A stretch of 63,079 nt of DNA, filler included, from Octopus bimaculoides (Eukaryota): assembly GCF_001194135.2 (NCBI RefSeq). It is 4 parts of 4 records of this genome, joined end to end, with 100 filler letters (N's around TTAATTAATTAA, not from the genome) between each part and the next. Parts side by side here need not be neighbours in the genome. Positions count along the whole stretch, not along the records: positions 49,681 to 60,654 come from NC_068997.1; positions 60,755 to 63,079 come from NW_026404775.1; 2 more parts are not named here. The stretch is one strand, 5' to 3'. Below, one piece after another: positions 50,789 to 63,079 of this stretch. How positions within the stretch are numbered: the stretch's first letter is position 1; every line of letters starts with the position of its first letter. A program made the translations under genes and the position numbers. The notes beneath the pieces were generated by a model. The model saw nothing but the letters and a program-made list of their open reading frames with translations. It had not been told where the DNA came from and made no database searches.

Positions 50789-51577
50789 TATAAGGAAATG
50801 GGGAAAAATATATATTGGGTAATTATTTTATTTGTATCACGATAAAAACATACCAAACTATTTAATACAAATAAAATTTTAAAAGAACATAAGTTGATGC
50901 AAAAAGCATAAAATGTACCTAAACATGTTTTAATCTGGTCATTAGGTGAACAGTGTTTTAGATCTTCAGGATTCGAACCATGTTAAGAATTCTAGTTGTA
51001 AAAAAAAAAAACCTACAGTATCCTNNNNNNNNNNNNNNNNNNNNNNNNNNNNNNNNNNNNNNNNNNNNNNNNNNNNNNNNNNNNNNNNNNNNNNNNNNNN
51101 NNNNNNNNNNNNNNNNNNNNNNNNNNNNNNNNNNNNNNNNNNNNNNNNNNNNNNNNNNNNNNNNNNNNNNNNNNNNNNNNNNNNNNNNNNNNNNNNNNNN
51201 NNNNNNNNNNNNNNNNNNNNNNNNNNNNNNNNNNNNNNNNNNNNNNNNNNNNNNNNNNNNNNNNNNNNNNNNNNNNNNNNNNNNNNNNNNNNNNNNNNNN
51301 NNNNNNNNNNNNNNNNNNNNNNNNNNNNNNNNNNNNNTGTTTTTGTTTTTTTACGTCTAGAACTCTTAACATGGTTCGAATCCTGCGGATCTGAAACACT
51401 GTTCACCTAATGACCAGATTGAGACATGTGTAGGCACTTTTTATGCTTTTTCCGTCAATTTATGTTCCTTTTAAATTTTAATTGTATTAAATGGTTTGCT
51501 GCATTTTTATCGTGATACAAGCAAAATAAATATCCGCTATATATTTTTCTATATTTTCTTATATAAATATAACTATA
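50781..51577. repeat. Fold-back element with ~230-bp imperfect inverted arms around an N gap
   Basis: AATCTGGTCATTAGGTGAACAGTGTTT...GGATTCGAACCATGTTAAGA versus TCTTAACATGGTTCGAATCC...AAACACTGTTCACCTAATGACCAGATT. Many mismatches lie in the outer parts. Confidence 0.9.
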
Positions 51578-51697
51578 AATTGGACTGTTTATCCCTGTAT
51601 ATTGTGAAAATTCTCTCAATATATCATCGATAACACCAGTTGATCTCTGGATTGCATAATCCCTAAAGAGGAAATTGTATCCTCAAATTGACTAATA

Positions 51698-51959
51698 CAC
51701 TTACAGCTGTTTCTATTAATACTCAGTAAACATTATATTTACATTTATGCGACATGAGCATAATATCATCAGAGGAAAAAAAGATGTACCTTTGGATGCT
51801 GTATGTGTGTTTGTGAATCCATTTTAGAGTCTGCTAAAATGAATTCACACATATAGCATCCAAAGGTACATCTTTTTCTTTCTTCTGATGATATTATGCT
51901 CATGTCGCATAAATGTAAATATAATGTTTATTGAGTATAAATAGAAACGTCTGTAAGTG
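51698..51959. repeat. Near-perfect 262-bp palindrome (arms ~125 bp, 6-nt loop AGTCTG at 51828-51833)
   Basis: ACATTATATTTACATTTATGCGACATGAGCATAATATCATCAGA pairs exactly with TCTGATGATATTATGCTCATGTCGCATAAATGTAAATATAATGT. Confidence 0.95.
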
Positions 51960-52776
51960 AAGCTTCTGGGTTCGGCAAAAGAGACAGATAAAATAAGTAC
52001 TAGGCATTCAACGACATACACACACACACACACACACACATACACACACACACACATACACACACACACACACGCATGCACACACACACATTTATTTATT
52101 TATGCATGGTATGCATTGGAGTCGATTTAATTGACTTACTCCTCCCCCAAATTGCCGGTCTTGTGCCAAGATTTACAGTCAGTATTAAATAGGCAGCGGT
52201 CTTGCAGATTCACTTCCGCACCGCACCGCACAAAATGCTTAGAAGCATTTTATGTGACTTTGAAACCAGGATGAAATCCTGATCAGTATCGGCTGTTTAT
52301 TAATTTAGGACATTGAATATCAAGAATTCGTTTATACCAAATGTTTTATCAAATTGTTAATTAATACCAAATGGCCATTCAGCCTACATAATCATTTATA
52401 TCAAATTATAGATATGTTTTGCTTGCTTTACAATCGGTAGGGCGTCGGATTAAGTGCCTTTTGGTATCTAGTTACATTTCTCAGTGCTGACTTCCGGTTT
52501 GCCCTCCACAAAGATTGATATGTTATATATGCGAAAGTGTTAGTAAAACAAGCGTTGAACAAAGTTTGATATAACTGACAGTGTTGTATTATTTTCACTT
52601 GTCTCTCTCTCCACACGCCAAGTTTCATGATGGCCCCAGGGAGCTCTGATGTCTCAGTGGAAGGGTCCGAAACACCTAGAGTTGCTCCAATACCTGCTAA
52701 GACAGCAATTCGTGCATTCGGAGACGGAGCACAGTTGAACGCTCAGTACATAAGAGAATATTACGAGTTACTGAGA

Positions 52777-53213
52777 GCGGTGAGCTGGCTGAATCGTTAG
52801 CACGCCGGACAAAATGCTTAGCGGCATTTCGTCCGTCGTTATGCTCGGAGTTCAAAACACCGCCTAGTTCGACTTTGCGTTTCATCCGATCGAGGTCGAT
52901 AAAATAAGTACCAGTTGAACATGGGGATCGATGTAAACGACTTACTACCTCTCCCAAAGTTGCTGGCCTTGTTCCAAAATTTGAAACCAATATAACAAGC
53001 AACAATTAAACGGCGAGCTGGCTGAATTGTTAGCACGCCGGACAAAATGCTTAGCGGCATTTCGTCCGTCTTTATGTTCTATGTTCAAATGCTACCGAGG
53101 TCTTTCATCCTTTCGGGGTTGATAAAATAAGTATCAATTGAACACTAGGGTCGATGTCATCGACTTACCCCCTCCCTCAAAATTGCTGGCCTTGTGCCAA
53201 AATTTGAAATCAA
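52777..53213 (+). mobile_element. Two head-to-tail family A SINEs (52777-52992 and 53011-53213)
   Basis: Each begins GCG(G/-)(T/C)GAGCTGGCTGAAT, has a GTTCAAA B-box and ends CCAAAATTTGAAA. Confidence 0.9.
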
Positions 53214-54240
53214 ATAGTACGAATCAATGTCTTGTTCACGATCAAATATTGTCTAGATCGAACTTGCATTTCGTCCATCTTGGTTGTGTTTCTAAATAGA
53301 TAAAATTCTTGTCTTGTATATTTTTATTTCCGATATTTTCCATCCCGTACTGTATTATACAAAAGTAGCTTCTTTGGAAATAGCATATCGAATTTTCCAC
53401 GAGGAAAGGTTGCTAAACATTCGAGCATATTCACATTAATTCTAAGGCGTGGGGAAGGCTACTGTGAGCGGTTTACAAGACTAATCTCACAGTGCAGTGC
53501 GGCTGATCTCAAGAAAGAGATACTGCATGTAAGAAAAAAAAAGTTTCAATTTCTGTGTATTTCATAGACAGCCGATGGGTTGGACACAATGGGACTTAAA
53601 TACACATCGCATTTCGCCTGAACAAATAATAAATATTACAAGACATTAAATGATTCTGCAACCTTGCAAGCATCCGAGACAGCTAAAATTAGTTTCAGAT
53701 TGTTTAGGATATCAGTTAAGCCCCTTTGCAGTGTGAACTCAAATGTCTCCAATATGTTTCCTTTGTGATTGCTGTTTATTGATCTTTGGCGTAATCGATT
53801 ATAAATGACATCCAAAAGTTAGAAATCCATGTTTAACTATCAATATTAGTTTCATTTTGTTCGGTTCTTGTCACATTGCTACACCTGTTTCTGCATGAAT
53901 GTATGTATGTATGTATGCTTTATGTATGTATGTATGCTTTATGTATGTATGTAATTATGTATGTATTATGTATTGTTGTCTATGAGATACCAGTTAAGGA
54001 CTAGGGTTGATGTAATAGAATAACTCTTTTCTCTCAAACTTCAGTTATTGTGCCTAGCGAAGATACGCTTATGACTAGTGAGTGACACTATATACACGCA
54101 CACACACCCGCACATGTTTATGTACCTGTGAGTTTATAGAAATATATATATATACGCACGCATACATGCATACACACANNNNNNNNNNNNNNNNNNNNNN
54201 NNNNNNNNNNNNNNNNNNNNNNNNNNNNNNNNNNNNNNNN

Positions 54241-54282
<42 letters not shown>

Positions 54283-54373
54283 GTGTCTGTATATGACTAC
54301 GTATATGTGTTCACATTTATCCGCGTCTTGTGTTTATACGTAAGTGTATATCTATATGTATTAATATATATAT

Positions 54374-54463
<90 letters not shown>

Positions 54464-54475
54464 ATAGAGAGATAA

Positions 54476-54506
<31 letters not shown>

Positions 54507-55009
54507 AAGAGAGAGAGAGACATAAAGACAGATAAATAGATAGAAAGAGAGAACAAGGGAGAGGGGGGAGAGAGAGATTCCAAGTCAGGAGGAATATCAC
54601 CGTACATTCTTTATTCAACTTTATATAAATAGAGTGCGCCCCTCAATAGAATATTATCAAGCAGTCCATTTAAGCAAGCCATTTATTAAACTATCTATTA
54701 AACAATTGTTAATATATCCTCCTCTTTGCACTTTACCCCATTCCCTATAAACAGCCGCAGACAATATTCCCGGGTCACACTCCCTTCCTTCTCCTGCTAT
54801 TATTGCGAAATGCGCATGACTGTGTGATTGTGTTTGTGTGTGTGTGTGTGTGTGTGTGAAGTGGGGGGGGGGATCTTTGCTGCTTGTATGTATCTTTTTT
54901 GGGTCTGGTTTTGCGTGTCTATTTTTCAGGATTTATTATCATCTATAAATGTCTTTCTCTGACTTTTGTGAGTTCGAACTGATGCTGCGGTTTCATTTCT
55001 CTGTGGCCG

Positions 55010-55040
<31 letters not shown>

Positions 55041-55133
55041 TAAAGAATCTGCCGTTATATTTTGCAGAGCGTCCATTTGGTATCTTTATTGAATACAGAA
55101 CTAAAAGATACCATTTTCATAGATATATACGCG

Positions 55134-55318
55134 GCACTCCGTCGGTTACGACGACGAAGGTTCTAGTTGATTAGATCAACGGAACAGCCTGCTCGTTAAA
55201 TTAACATGCAAGTGGCTGAGCACTCCACAGACACGTGTACATTTAACGTAGTTCTCGGGGAGATTCAGCGTGACACAGAGTGTGACAAAGCTGGCCTTTT
55301 GAAATACATGTACAACAT
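55134..55318 (-). mobile_element. SINE family B, 3' half
   Basis: GGCACTCCGTCGGTTACGACGACGA...TCAACGGAACAGCCTGCTCG matches the family B tail. Confidence 0.85.
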
Positions 55319-55429
55319 GTACATATATATATGAATATATATACATGTATATATATACATATATACATGTGTGTGTGTGTGTGTGTGTGTATCTATATAT
55401 GTATATAGATATATATGTGTGTGTTGAAA

Positions 55430-55593
55430 CGGCGGGCTTCTTTCAGTTTCCGTCTATCAAATCCTTTCACAAGGCTTTGGTCAGCGCGAGACTTTAGTAG
55501 ATGACACTTGCCTAAGGTACCACGAAGCAGGACTAAATCTGGAACCATGTGGTTGGGCAACAAGCGTCTTACAACATAGCCACGCCCGCGCCT
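55430..55593 (-). mobile_element. SINE family C, 5' half
   Basis: GGGCTTCTTTCAGTTTCCGTCTA...GACACTTGCCTAAGG...GGAACCATGTGGTTGG. Confidence 0.85.
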
Positions 55594-56640
55594 ATAAAAT
55601 TACATTCCATGCTACGAGGATTGTAACTTCATCTGTTGAAAGAAATTCAAAAATATTGCAGAAATAAATTAAGTGACCCAGTCTTTGGCAACACTACATT
55701 GCTTACAATGCTAAAAATTCAACTTCTGAAATCGTAATCATCTTAGTAAAGAGATCTTCGCTGTTTTTTTTTAGTTTTTGTATTCTTCTATCTATTTCGT
55801 TTTCAAATTCTCGTTATGCTTTAACTACAAAACTGATTAGAAATTAATATGCGGTGAAGAAGCGTAAGTATTAGTCACTGGGTATTATTTATTCTTTTTA
55901 AGTTATTCCATCCAAGTGCGGGAGATAAATCTGACATGTTTTGGCCGTATTAGGCATCAACAGTAAAGCATAGACTTCCTCATAGCTGCTGAAGTTGTGA
56001 TTAGTGAATCACAGACTAAATGTTGGATGTTTTTTTTTTCCTTATAGCTTCTTTAGAGAAAGTAGTACTGCATCTATGACCCCTTTCAGGAAAATTAAAT
56101 CAGGTAGGATAAGGAAGCAAGTTATGCGGGAGTTCGCGCCAAAAATCTGTTCGAACCTAGATTCTTCTTTTGCTGATCTCTTGATAAAACAACTCGCATG
56201 TTGTAGGTAACTTTTGTTTTGTCAAATTACAACCATTATGCTAAAACATTTTGCGTGTGCATATAAGTGTATATATGTTTGCATGTGTATGTGAAGAGAG
56301 AGAGAGAGAGGTAGGAGAGGGGAGAGAGAGAGGGAGAGAGATGGGGATAGATACAGAGAGAGAAGGAAAGGGAAAGAGAGAATGTCGCATATAATGGATC
56401 AGCATCCCGCTCAGGTATCTTTTAGCACCATTTATAATCCAGGATACAATTTCGGAAGAGTGTGACATCATCATTCGATGTAAACTCTTTTTCCGTGATC
56501 CTTTCTACGTCTTATTTTCACATACATGCATACATACATACATACATACATACATACATACATACATACATACACACACATATACATGGATACGTACATA
56601 CATGCATGCATACATGATTACGCATACATACATACATACA

Positions 56641-56945
56641 TGATGGCCGTCCACTCGTGACCGAGGAAGACCATTTCTGACCTTCAGGAACATTGTGCAC
56701 TCTAGGATGAATTTATATTTTACGACTGCAAACATTGCAGACCAAGCTTTCCCCATTCACTATACGAGCCGTGCGCTTTCGCGCAGCTCGCTTAAGTTCT
56801 TCATGCTGGATACGTGCTCTCTCAAAAGTGTCGATCCCCTCCTTAATCTGTTTCCTCCATCTGTGGCGATGACAGTCATTGTTTCCCAGTCAGTGTCCTG
56901 CATATCACAGGCCTTTAATGAGGACTTGACACAGTCCTTAGCAAG
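56641..56945 (-). mobile_element. RTE-clade LINE 3' end
   Basis: KDCVKSSLKACDMQDTDWETM, a C-terminal CNVC..H knuckle, and a 3' UTR ATGGTCTTCCTCGGTCACGAGTGGACGGCCATCA running into a (TGTA)n tail. Confidence 0.75.
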
Positions 56946-57454
56946 GTAAACATACATACATACATACATACATACATGTGTTTTCGAATTCATCTTCAGG
57001 CCTGATCTGGAAATTAGATAAATAGTAAAAAATGTCATTTCAATTAATTATAGATTACAATTAACATTAATTTTAATTTAGGCCCGATGCCACATAGTTT
57101 TGTAGCAGGAAGTTATGGGATGTATCGACTGTAGTACTTCGCTGGTATTTATATAATAAGCCTCGTTTCCCCCGAGTGGATGAAGGGCAAAATTTTGCCA
57201 GTACAGGTTGCGCTCTGAAAAAGAAACAGAATGAAATAAGACGTAAGGAACTATGACAAAGATAAAATAACATTAACAACAACAACACCATCATCATCAC
57301 CATCAACATCAACAAACAACAACAAAACAACAGAAGAGCAAAAACAACAATGGTAATAATAACGATTTCTTTTATTGGCCACAAGGGCTTAATACATGGA
57401 CATGGAGGATAATATCAAAAGAGGTGGAGTTTACAAAGATCAGAGGAAGATTAC

Positions 57455-57485
<31 letters not shown>

Positions 57486-57489
57486 TCTT

Positions 57490-58390
57490 TATTGTTCACA
57501 AGGAGCTAAGCATAGAGGGAAAAAAAGGACAGACAAATGGACTAAGTCGATTGCATCGACCCCAGTGCGTAACCAGTACTTATCTAATCAACCCGGAAAA
57601 GACGAACGCCAAAGACGACCTCAGCGGAATTTGAACTCAGAACATAACGACAGACGAAATACCGCTAAGCATGCTAACGATTCTGCCAGCTCGGCACCTT
57701 TTCTATTATACTATTTTTTTCTATTATAAGCACGAGGCCTGAAATTTGGCGGAAGGGGATACATCGACTCCGGTACTCAACTGGTACTTAATTTATTGAC
57801 ACCAAAATGATAAAAGGTGGTATTTGAATTTAGAGCGTAAAAAGCCGGATGAAATACCGCTAAGCAGTTTGTTCGGCGTGGTAAACGATTCTGCTAGCTC
57901 GCCGCCTTACAAACTAATTAATAATTGCTCATTTTGGCACAAAGCTAGCAATTTTGATAAGAAGTGGCAAATCTATCGCAGCGACCCCAGTATTTAATTG
58001 TTACCTTATTTCATCGACCACTGATGGATGAAAGTTGAACTTAACCTTAGGTAAATTTGAACTCAGAACCTCTAGAGAGTCGGAAGAAATGCTGCCTTGC
58101 ATTTTTGTCCGAAGCTCTAATGATTCTCGCCTCCTTGAATAATAAAAATTATAACTGTTTTTAATTTTGGCAGAATGTCGGCAATTTTGAGGGAAGGCGC
58201 AAGTCGATTTCATTAACCCCAGAATTTGACTCTTACTATTTTATCGACCCCCAGTAATTTACTATCACTATTTTATCGACCCCGGATGCGCGAAAATCAA
58301 AGTTGATCTCGGGCGTATTTGAACTCAGAACATAAAAAATCAGAAGAAATCCTGTTTAGCATGTTTGTGCTATGTTCTAACGATTCAGCC
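57490..58390 (-). mobile_element. Cluster of four co-oriented family A SINE copies
   Basis: ATCGACCCC...ATTTGAA(C/T)T(C/T)AGA units at about 57490-57720, 57725-57908, 57925-58100 and 58165-58390. Confidence 0.8.
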
Positions 58391-59144
58391 ATTTCGATTT
58401 AATGACTAAATAATTAAGATAATTACTGTGAAAATAACTGTTTTATGACACCACAAATATTATCTGATGAATGAAGAATTTTTATAGCCATTTTATAACC
58501 CTAGCAGTTCTGTTGTCTGTGTCGAGATGTTTACAGTCTCTGAAATTCTAATACAGCAATAGCTACATTATATTTGTTTCTTTTATTTTTGTTTTTTCTT
58601 AGTTTATTTTGTTAACCTTTTTATTCGTTGCAATAACTTATGCAAATTTAAAAAAGAGAATGTTAATATTTATTATAACATTTGAGATTCTTCTTTTGTT
58701 TATATTACTTCAATGTATATTTCCATGAGACTATTAATTACATCGTAATCCAAGATATCCCATTGTCATTTATCCGTCCATTAGCTATTTTAAAGAAAAA
58801 GACAAAAAACAACAACAAACTCCTCCCACCAGAAATATAGATACATAAGTACAATAACATGCAAGCTCACACTCACACAAGCAAAGAAACAAGTGCACAC
58901 ATATACATACAGATATGTTCACATATTTTATTTTCAAGCATATCTCTATCACTACTCAATGTTTTTTTTTGTTTGTTTTTGTTTTTGTCCCTGCCCTCAA
59001 AACGCGACCTAACGTGATAGTAATAAGAAACTTAAAGTAACAACGAGTTAAGACTTATCTTATAACGAGTAAGCACGAAATACATGCATAGGGGAGCTAA
59101 ACATGCACAGACACAGACAAACACATAACCACATATAAAAAATA

Positions 59145-59195
<51 letters not shown>

Positions 59196-59599
59196 AATGT
59201 GGATATATATATGTATATATATGTATGTATATATATATATATATATATGTGTATATATATATATATATATATGTNNNNNNNNNNNNNNNNNNNNNNNNNN
59301 NNNNNNNNNNNNNNNNNNNNNNNNNNNNNNNNNNNNNNNNNNNNNNNNNNNNNNNNNNNNNNNNNNNNNNNNNNNNNNNNNNNNNNNNNNNNNNNNNNNN
59401 NNNNNNNNNNNNNNNNNNNNNNNNNNNNNNNNNNNNNNNNNNNNNNNNNNNNNNNNNNNNNNNNNNNNNNNNNNNNNNNNNNNNNNNNNNNNNNNNNNNN
59501 NNNNNNNNNNNNNNNNNNNNNNNNNNNNNNNNNNNNNNNNNNNNNNNNNNNNNNNNNNNNNNNNNNNNNNNNNNNNNNNNNNNNNNNNNNNNNNNNNNN

Positions 59600-59630
<31 letters not shown>

Positions 59631-59984
59631 CATTAATGTGGGTAGATGGACGCAATGTAAACCGAATGGGCATAATTTAGTCGCCATTAATTCCCTAATT
59701 ATGACTGTAAGTGCTATAAGCACATGTATTACGCTACAAATAAGAGTGAAACCACATATGTCTACGTAAAAGCACACTCATATATACTGACAGGGGAGAT
59801 AAGCGTCCCTGCGCAAATCAAGGTTGGACCACTGGACTGCACAGTTTCGTGCTAATGGCAGTTGTGACCAACGTGTCTCCTTTGTTTCTATGTCTACCAT
59901 GTCAGTATATAAAAATGTCCTGTTACGCAGAGACAAATGGTTTAACTCTTATTTCTAGCGATACATGTGCCTGTAGCACATACA

Positions 59985-60240
59985 GTCACAATCAGTAACG
60001 ATTTTGAGATCGTTGGTTCGATTCTCAGAAACGGCCGTTGGAAAAAGCACTTCAGTACACGTTGCTCTGCGATTATTTCGTCATCGAACATGTGGCACAC
60101 GATGCACCTGAACAGGTAACGTCGATTTGATGGAGGGATTGAGCTTATGTGAACACGAACATTTGATCACTATAAACGAATTTTCTGTGTGGTTGTTCGG
60201 CAAGAAATTGTCGAACTCTCATACGCCGTCTAACGATGAG
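59985..60240 (+). mobile_element. tRNA-derived SINE-like element, another family
   Basis: B-box GGTTCGATTCTC followed by a unique body. A related reversed head is at 60510-60612 (GATTTCGATTCCTGAACCGGGCG). Confidence 0.5.
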
Positions 60241-61999
60241 AAAATCAATGATATATATATCATATCCATGATATATATATATCATTATAAATATAATATT
60301 ACTACATAAATATAATGTTACTACATACATATAACTTAAGATATATTGCTAGATATACTGTATATGTTAAGTTACATGCATGTAATGTAATGGCATTAGC
60401 TCCTGTTCTCCTGCTTAGCCTATGTATTCTCTATCAATAAGAACATTCAATGCATTGTTCATTTGGATAGAGACTACTAAATTCGTAGACTCTACAAAAG
60501 GACATTTGTCCATTTTTACCATTTCAGTGGATTAGAACAACATGAAATGAAGTGTTTTGTTCAAGAACACAACGCATCGCCCGGTTCAGGAATCGAAATC
60601 ACAATCTTACGATAGATCGATCGATCCCGGGATATATATATATATATATATAATNNNNNNNNNNNNNNNNNNNNNNNNNNNNNNNNNNNNNNNNNNNNTT
60701 AATTAATTAANNNNNNNNNNNNNNNNNNNNNNNNNNNNNNNNNNNNNNNNNNNNAGGTAACACATTGGTGTGAAATATACACAAACAACTGGTGAGTGCG
60801 TTTACAGCCAACATTAATTATGACTCCTCACAAATATAACAATATGGGTGTCAAGACACATTGTCAGAGTGAATTTCTTGCAAAATAAATTCAAAATTCC
60901 TAGGAACTTATTTGCATTAAAAATATCACATAGGTAAATTATCTCAAGAATGTAAATACAGAGGCGGAACGTTGTTATCAACAACTGTTGTATTTGTTTC
61001 CATCTATGGATAAATCAAGACTTATTGATTGGTGATTTTATTGTTTCATATAGAAAGAATTTTGACAGTAAACCATATTACTTCATGCTGTAAGAGGCAA
61101 GTAAAAAAGTTAGCGTCAAGAGGGGTCAACCAACTGTAAACAAAAACCTAAAAAACGGAGTCACAATGAATGGATGAATTGTTACTGAGGNNNNNNNNNN
61201 AAAAACCTAAAAAACGGAGTCACAATGAATGGATGAATTGTTACTGAGGCTAAAACCTACAAAACAAACCCACTTCAGAAGGGGATTCAAATGTCTGTTT
61301 TCGTTGTTATGAATTGTCACACTTATACAGATACATTCCTATGTAAATACAAACATGTCTAATTAAGACATTAACTGGCAAGAGTGATCTAATGTGGATA
61401 TCACGGTTCATTTAAAATATTTGGGCCAAAATGGCAAAGAATGCGAGAAGTAAGAAAGAATTGGAAGAGCGTCGCGATTAGCGGTGCATTACAACGATAG
61501 GATGGTCAATACAGTGAAATATAAATGCTTGCATAAACACAGGCACGTAAATTTATTAGCTGCAATATACTAAAACATAAAGGGATTTAAACAGAGTTAG
61601 ATACCTTACATATTTCCAAAAGAAGATATGCAGGCGCATTCAATCTGCTTCTTGATGTTGAAATTCAGTTAAATGTCGTGGGCCTGAATTTCTCTTAATT
61701 GGCTGATNNNNNNNNNNACATTTATAATAATTATAATGCATTTCTGAACTATGAATCTGGTGACACACAAGCCATATTGGCTCCATTCTCACTAGAAAGC
61801 AGGATAGTCAGATACTTGTGAATTCACAGTTATTCCCTGCTAAAGAATGGACTTAACCACTTAGGTTAGCAGTTAGTGTTTTGTGCTTAAAGGTCTGTAG
61901 AGATTTCAAGCAATTTGCAAGTGAAAGTCCTAGAAACTTAGAGATCCTTAAAACAGTTAGAGATGTGATGTGCTAATTAAATCCTTTGATCAAAAGGAA

Positions 62000-62405
62000 G
62001 AGATAGATGACAATTAGAAGTTCCCATGCGGCAGCTCCTGTGGAGCTGCAGGACGAATCTGTGGCTTGCGCAAAATGCTAGCCAGATGAAGGGTGATGAA
62101 ATGGTTGAACAGCGAAGTATACAGAGCCATAAAAGCAGAAGGGTTTGAAAAAATAGGGACAGCTTGGAGACAGGTCTCTTTAGTAAAAGGAAAACAAAGA
62201 AAAAAGAGGTAGGGCAATATTCTACAGCTTCACGACCAAAAATATGAAGAACTCTGTTTTGTAGGATAGTGAAGCAGAGAAAATTGAGTTGTGGGATGTG
62301 TGTGCAGAAGAATAATGTCATGCTTGCATTCCGTGATTCAAAATTAAGAGGCATGGAAGTGAAAATATGAAAGGCTACTAAATATGGAGAATGAATATGA
62401 GAAAG
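62000..62405 (+). pseudogene. RTE-like LINE, endonuclease-RT linker fragment
   Basis: WLNSEVYRAIKAE, FCRIVKQ and AWK*KYERLLNMENE match the WWNxEV and HYERLLNxENE blocks of RTE-type ORFs. Confidence 0.6.
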
Positions 62406-62744
62406 TCTTTGTAATGTGAACATATGAGAGGGTTCAATATTCAGATGGCTTTCAGTCGTTCATGTTACATTGATTTTATTTAACTCTTCAACTCCACTGA
62501 TTGTTCAACAATACAAAAAGTTTTTCCCGAATGAAGGAGACATGAAAACTATCTTGAAATTTAATCTGAACACCCCTTGTACCAATTTTAATATTTACAA
62601 AGTTGCAGACTCTGATCTTGTGATACGTAAAATGTTTGTTTCTTAAAGGCATCATATAAATTCGTCTTATATGAAGTATTTCTGGCAGCTATCTCTCATT
62701 TCTCCCTTTATCTTTCAGTATGTCGCTATCAATATACATTTTAT

Positions 62745-62890
62745 CATCACCATCATCATTTAACGTCTATGTTCTATGCTGTCATGGGTTGGACGGATTG
62801 ACGGGGACCCAATAAGTCAAAAACTGCATTTCCTAATGCTAACCCCTTTACACACTGTACTGTGTGCTTTTCTCATGTCACTGGCACTGC
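62745..62890 (-). mobile_element. 3' tail of an RTE-related SINE/LINE
   Basis: (CAT)n-TTAACGTCTATGTTCTATGCTGTCATGGGTTGGACGG. A related fragment occurs at ~45675-45710 (CCATGCTGGCATGTGTTGGA). Confidence 0.45.
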
Positions 62891-62944
62891 TGAGAGCACA
62901 ATGTGGCTCACAAGTGAACAAACCCAGGGAGGGAAGATGTTGCC

Positions 62945-63079
62945 ACTATAACGTATGTAGTTGTAAGGCTATGAATGAAGGGCATGCAGTAGAGCAAGTT
63001 GAAGTGGAAGAGCTACATGGCTATTTACATTTAGGAGAAACACTGAGACTGAACTAGAGGTATCTCCGAGATTAGGCAT
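62945..63079 (+). pseudogene. LINE RT C-terminal fragment, truncated by the window end
   Basis: EVEELHGYLHLGETL resembles the VxxFxYLG thumb motif. Confidence 0.35.

Noticed and set aside
51698-51959. CTGATGA and GAAAC boxes in the hairpin arms as hammerheads
   Set aside because: The boxes are ~60 nt apart with no stem II, and the stem I partners do not pair.
52777-53213. Repeat arrays as CRISPR
   Set aside because: Eukaryotic DNA; the units are ~200-bp SINEs, with no repeat-spacer pattern and no cas genes.
60612-60632. GATCGATCGATCCCGGG next to a gap
   Set aside because: Lies at a contig edge and looks like a ligation or assembly junction; no biological support.
61142-61249. 49-bp direct repeat around a 10-N gap
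   Set aside because: Identical sequence on both sides of a minimal gap is typical of an unmerged contig overlap.

Overview
AT-rich, heavily gapped eukaryotic DNA dominated by microsatellites and transposon debris. The SINE families and repeat style look like an octopus draft assembly (inference from memory, not a database result). I found no intact, recognisable host gene; most long ORFs in the track are simple-repeat or N-gap artefacts. Supported elements: a nearly full-length, inactivated Penelope-like retroelement (RT + GIY-YIG, about 31.7-34.5 kb); two Helitron fragments (PIF1 helicase; Rep N-terminus with a 3' hairpin); a Helentron/DINE-1-like non-autonomous element; mariner, hAT/Charlie, RTE, CR1-like and R4/NeSL-like relics; and more than 20 tRNA-derived SINE copies. 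The best hunt results are: (i) a type I hammerhead ribozyme present twice as the arms of a ~215-bp inverted repeat (47.2-47.7 kb), with two or three decayed hammerhead motifs elsewhere in the window; (ii) several long fold-back elements; (iii) a tandem duplication with codon-like conservation that may be unannotated exons; (iv) a SINE with a swapped 3' module. Assembly artefacts (an Illumina adapter tail, TTAATTAATTAA islands) are flagged.
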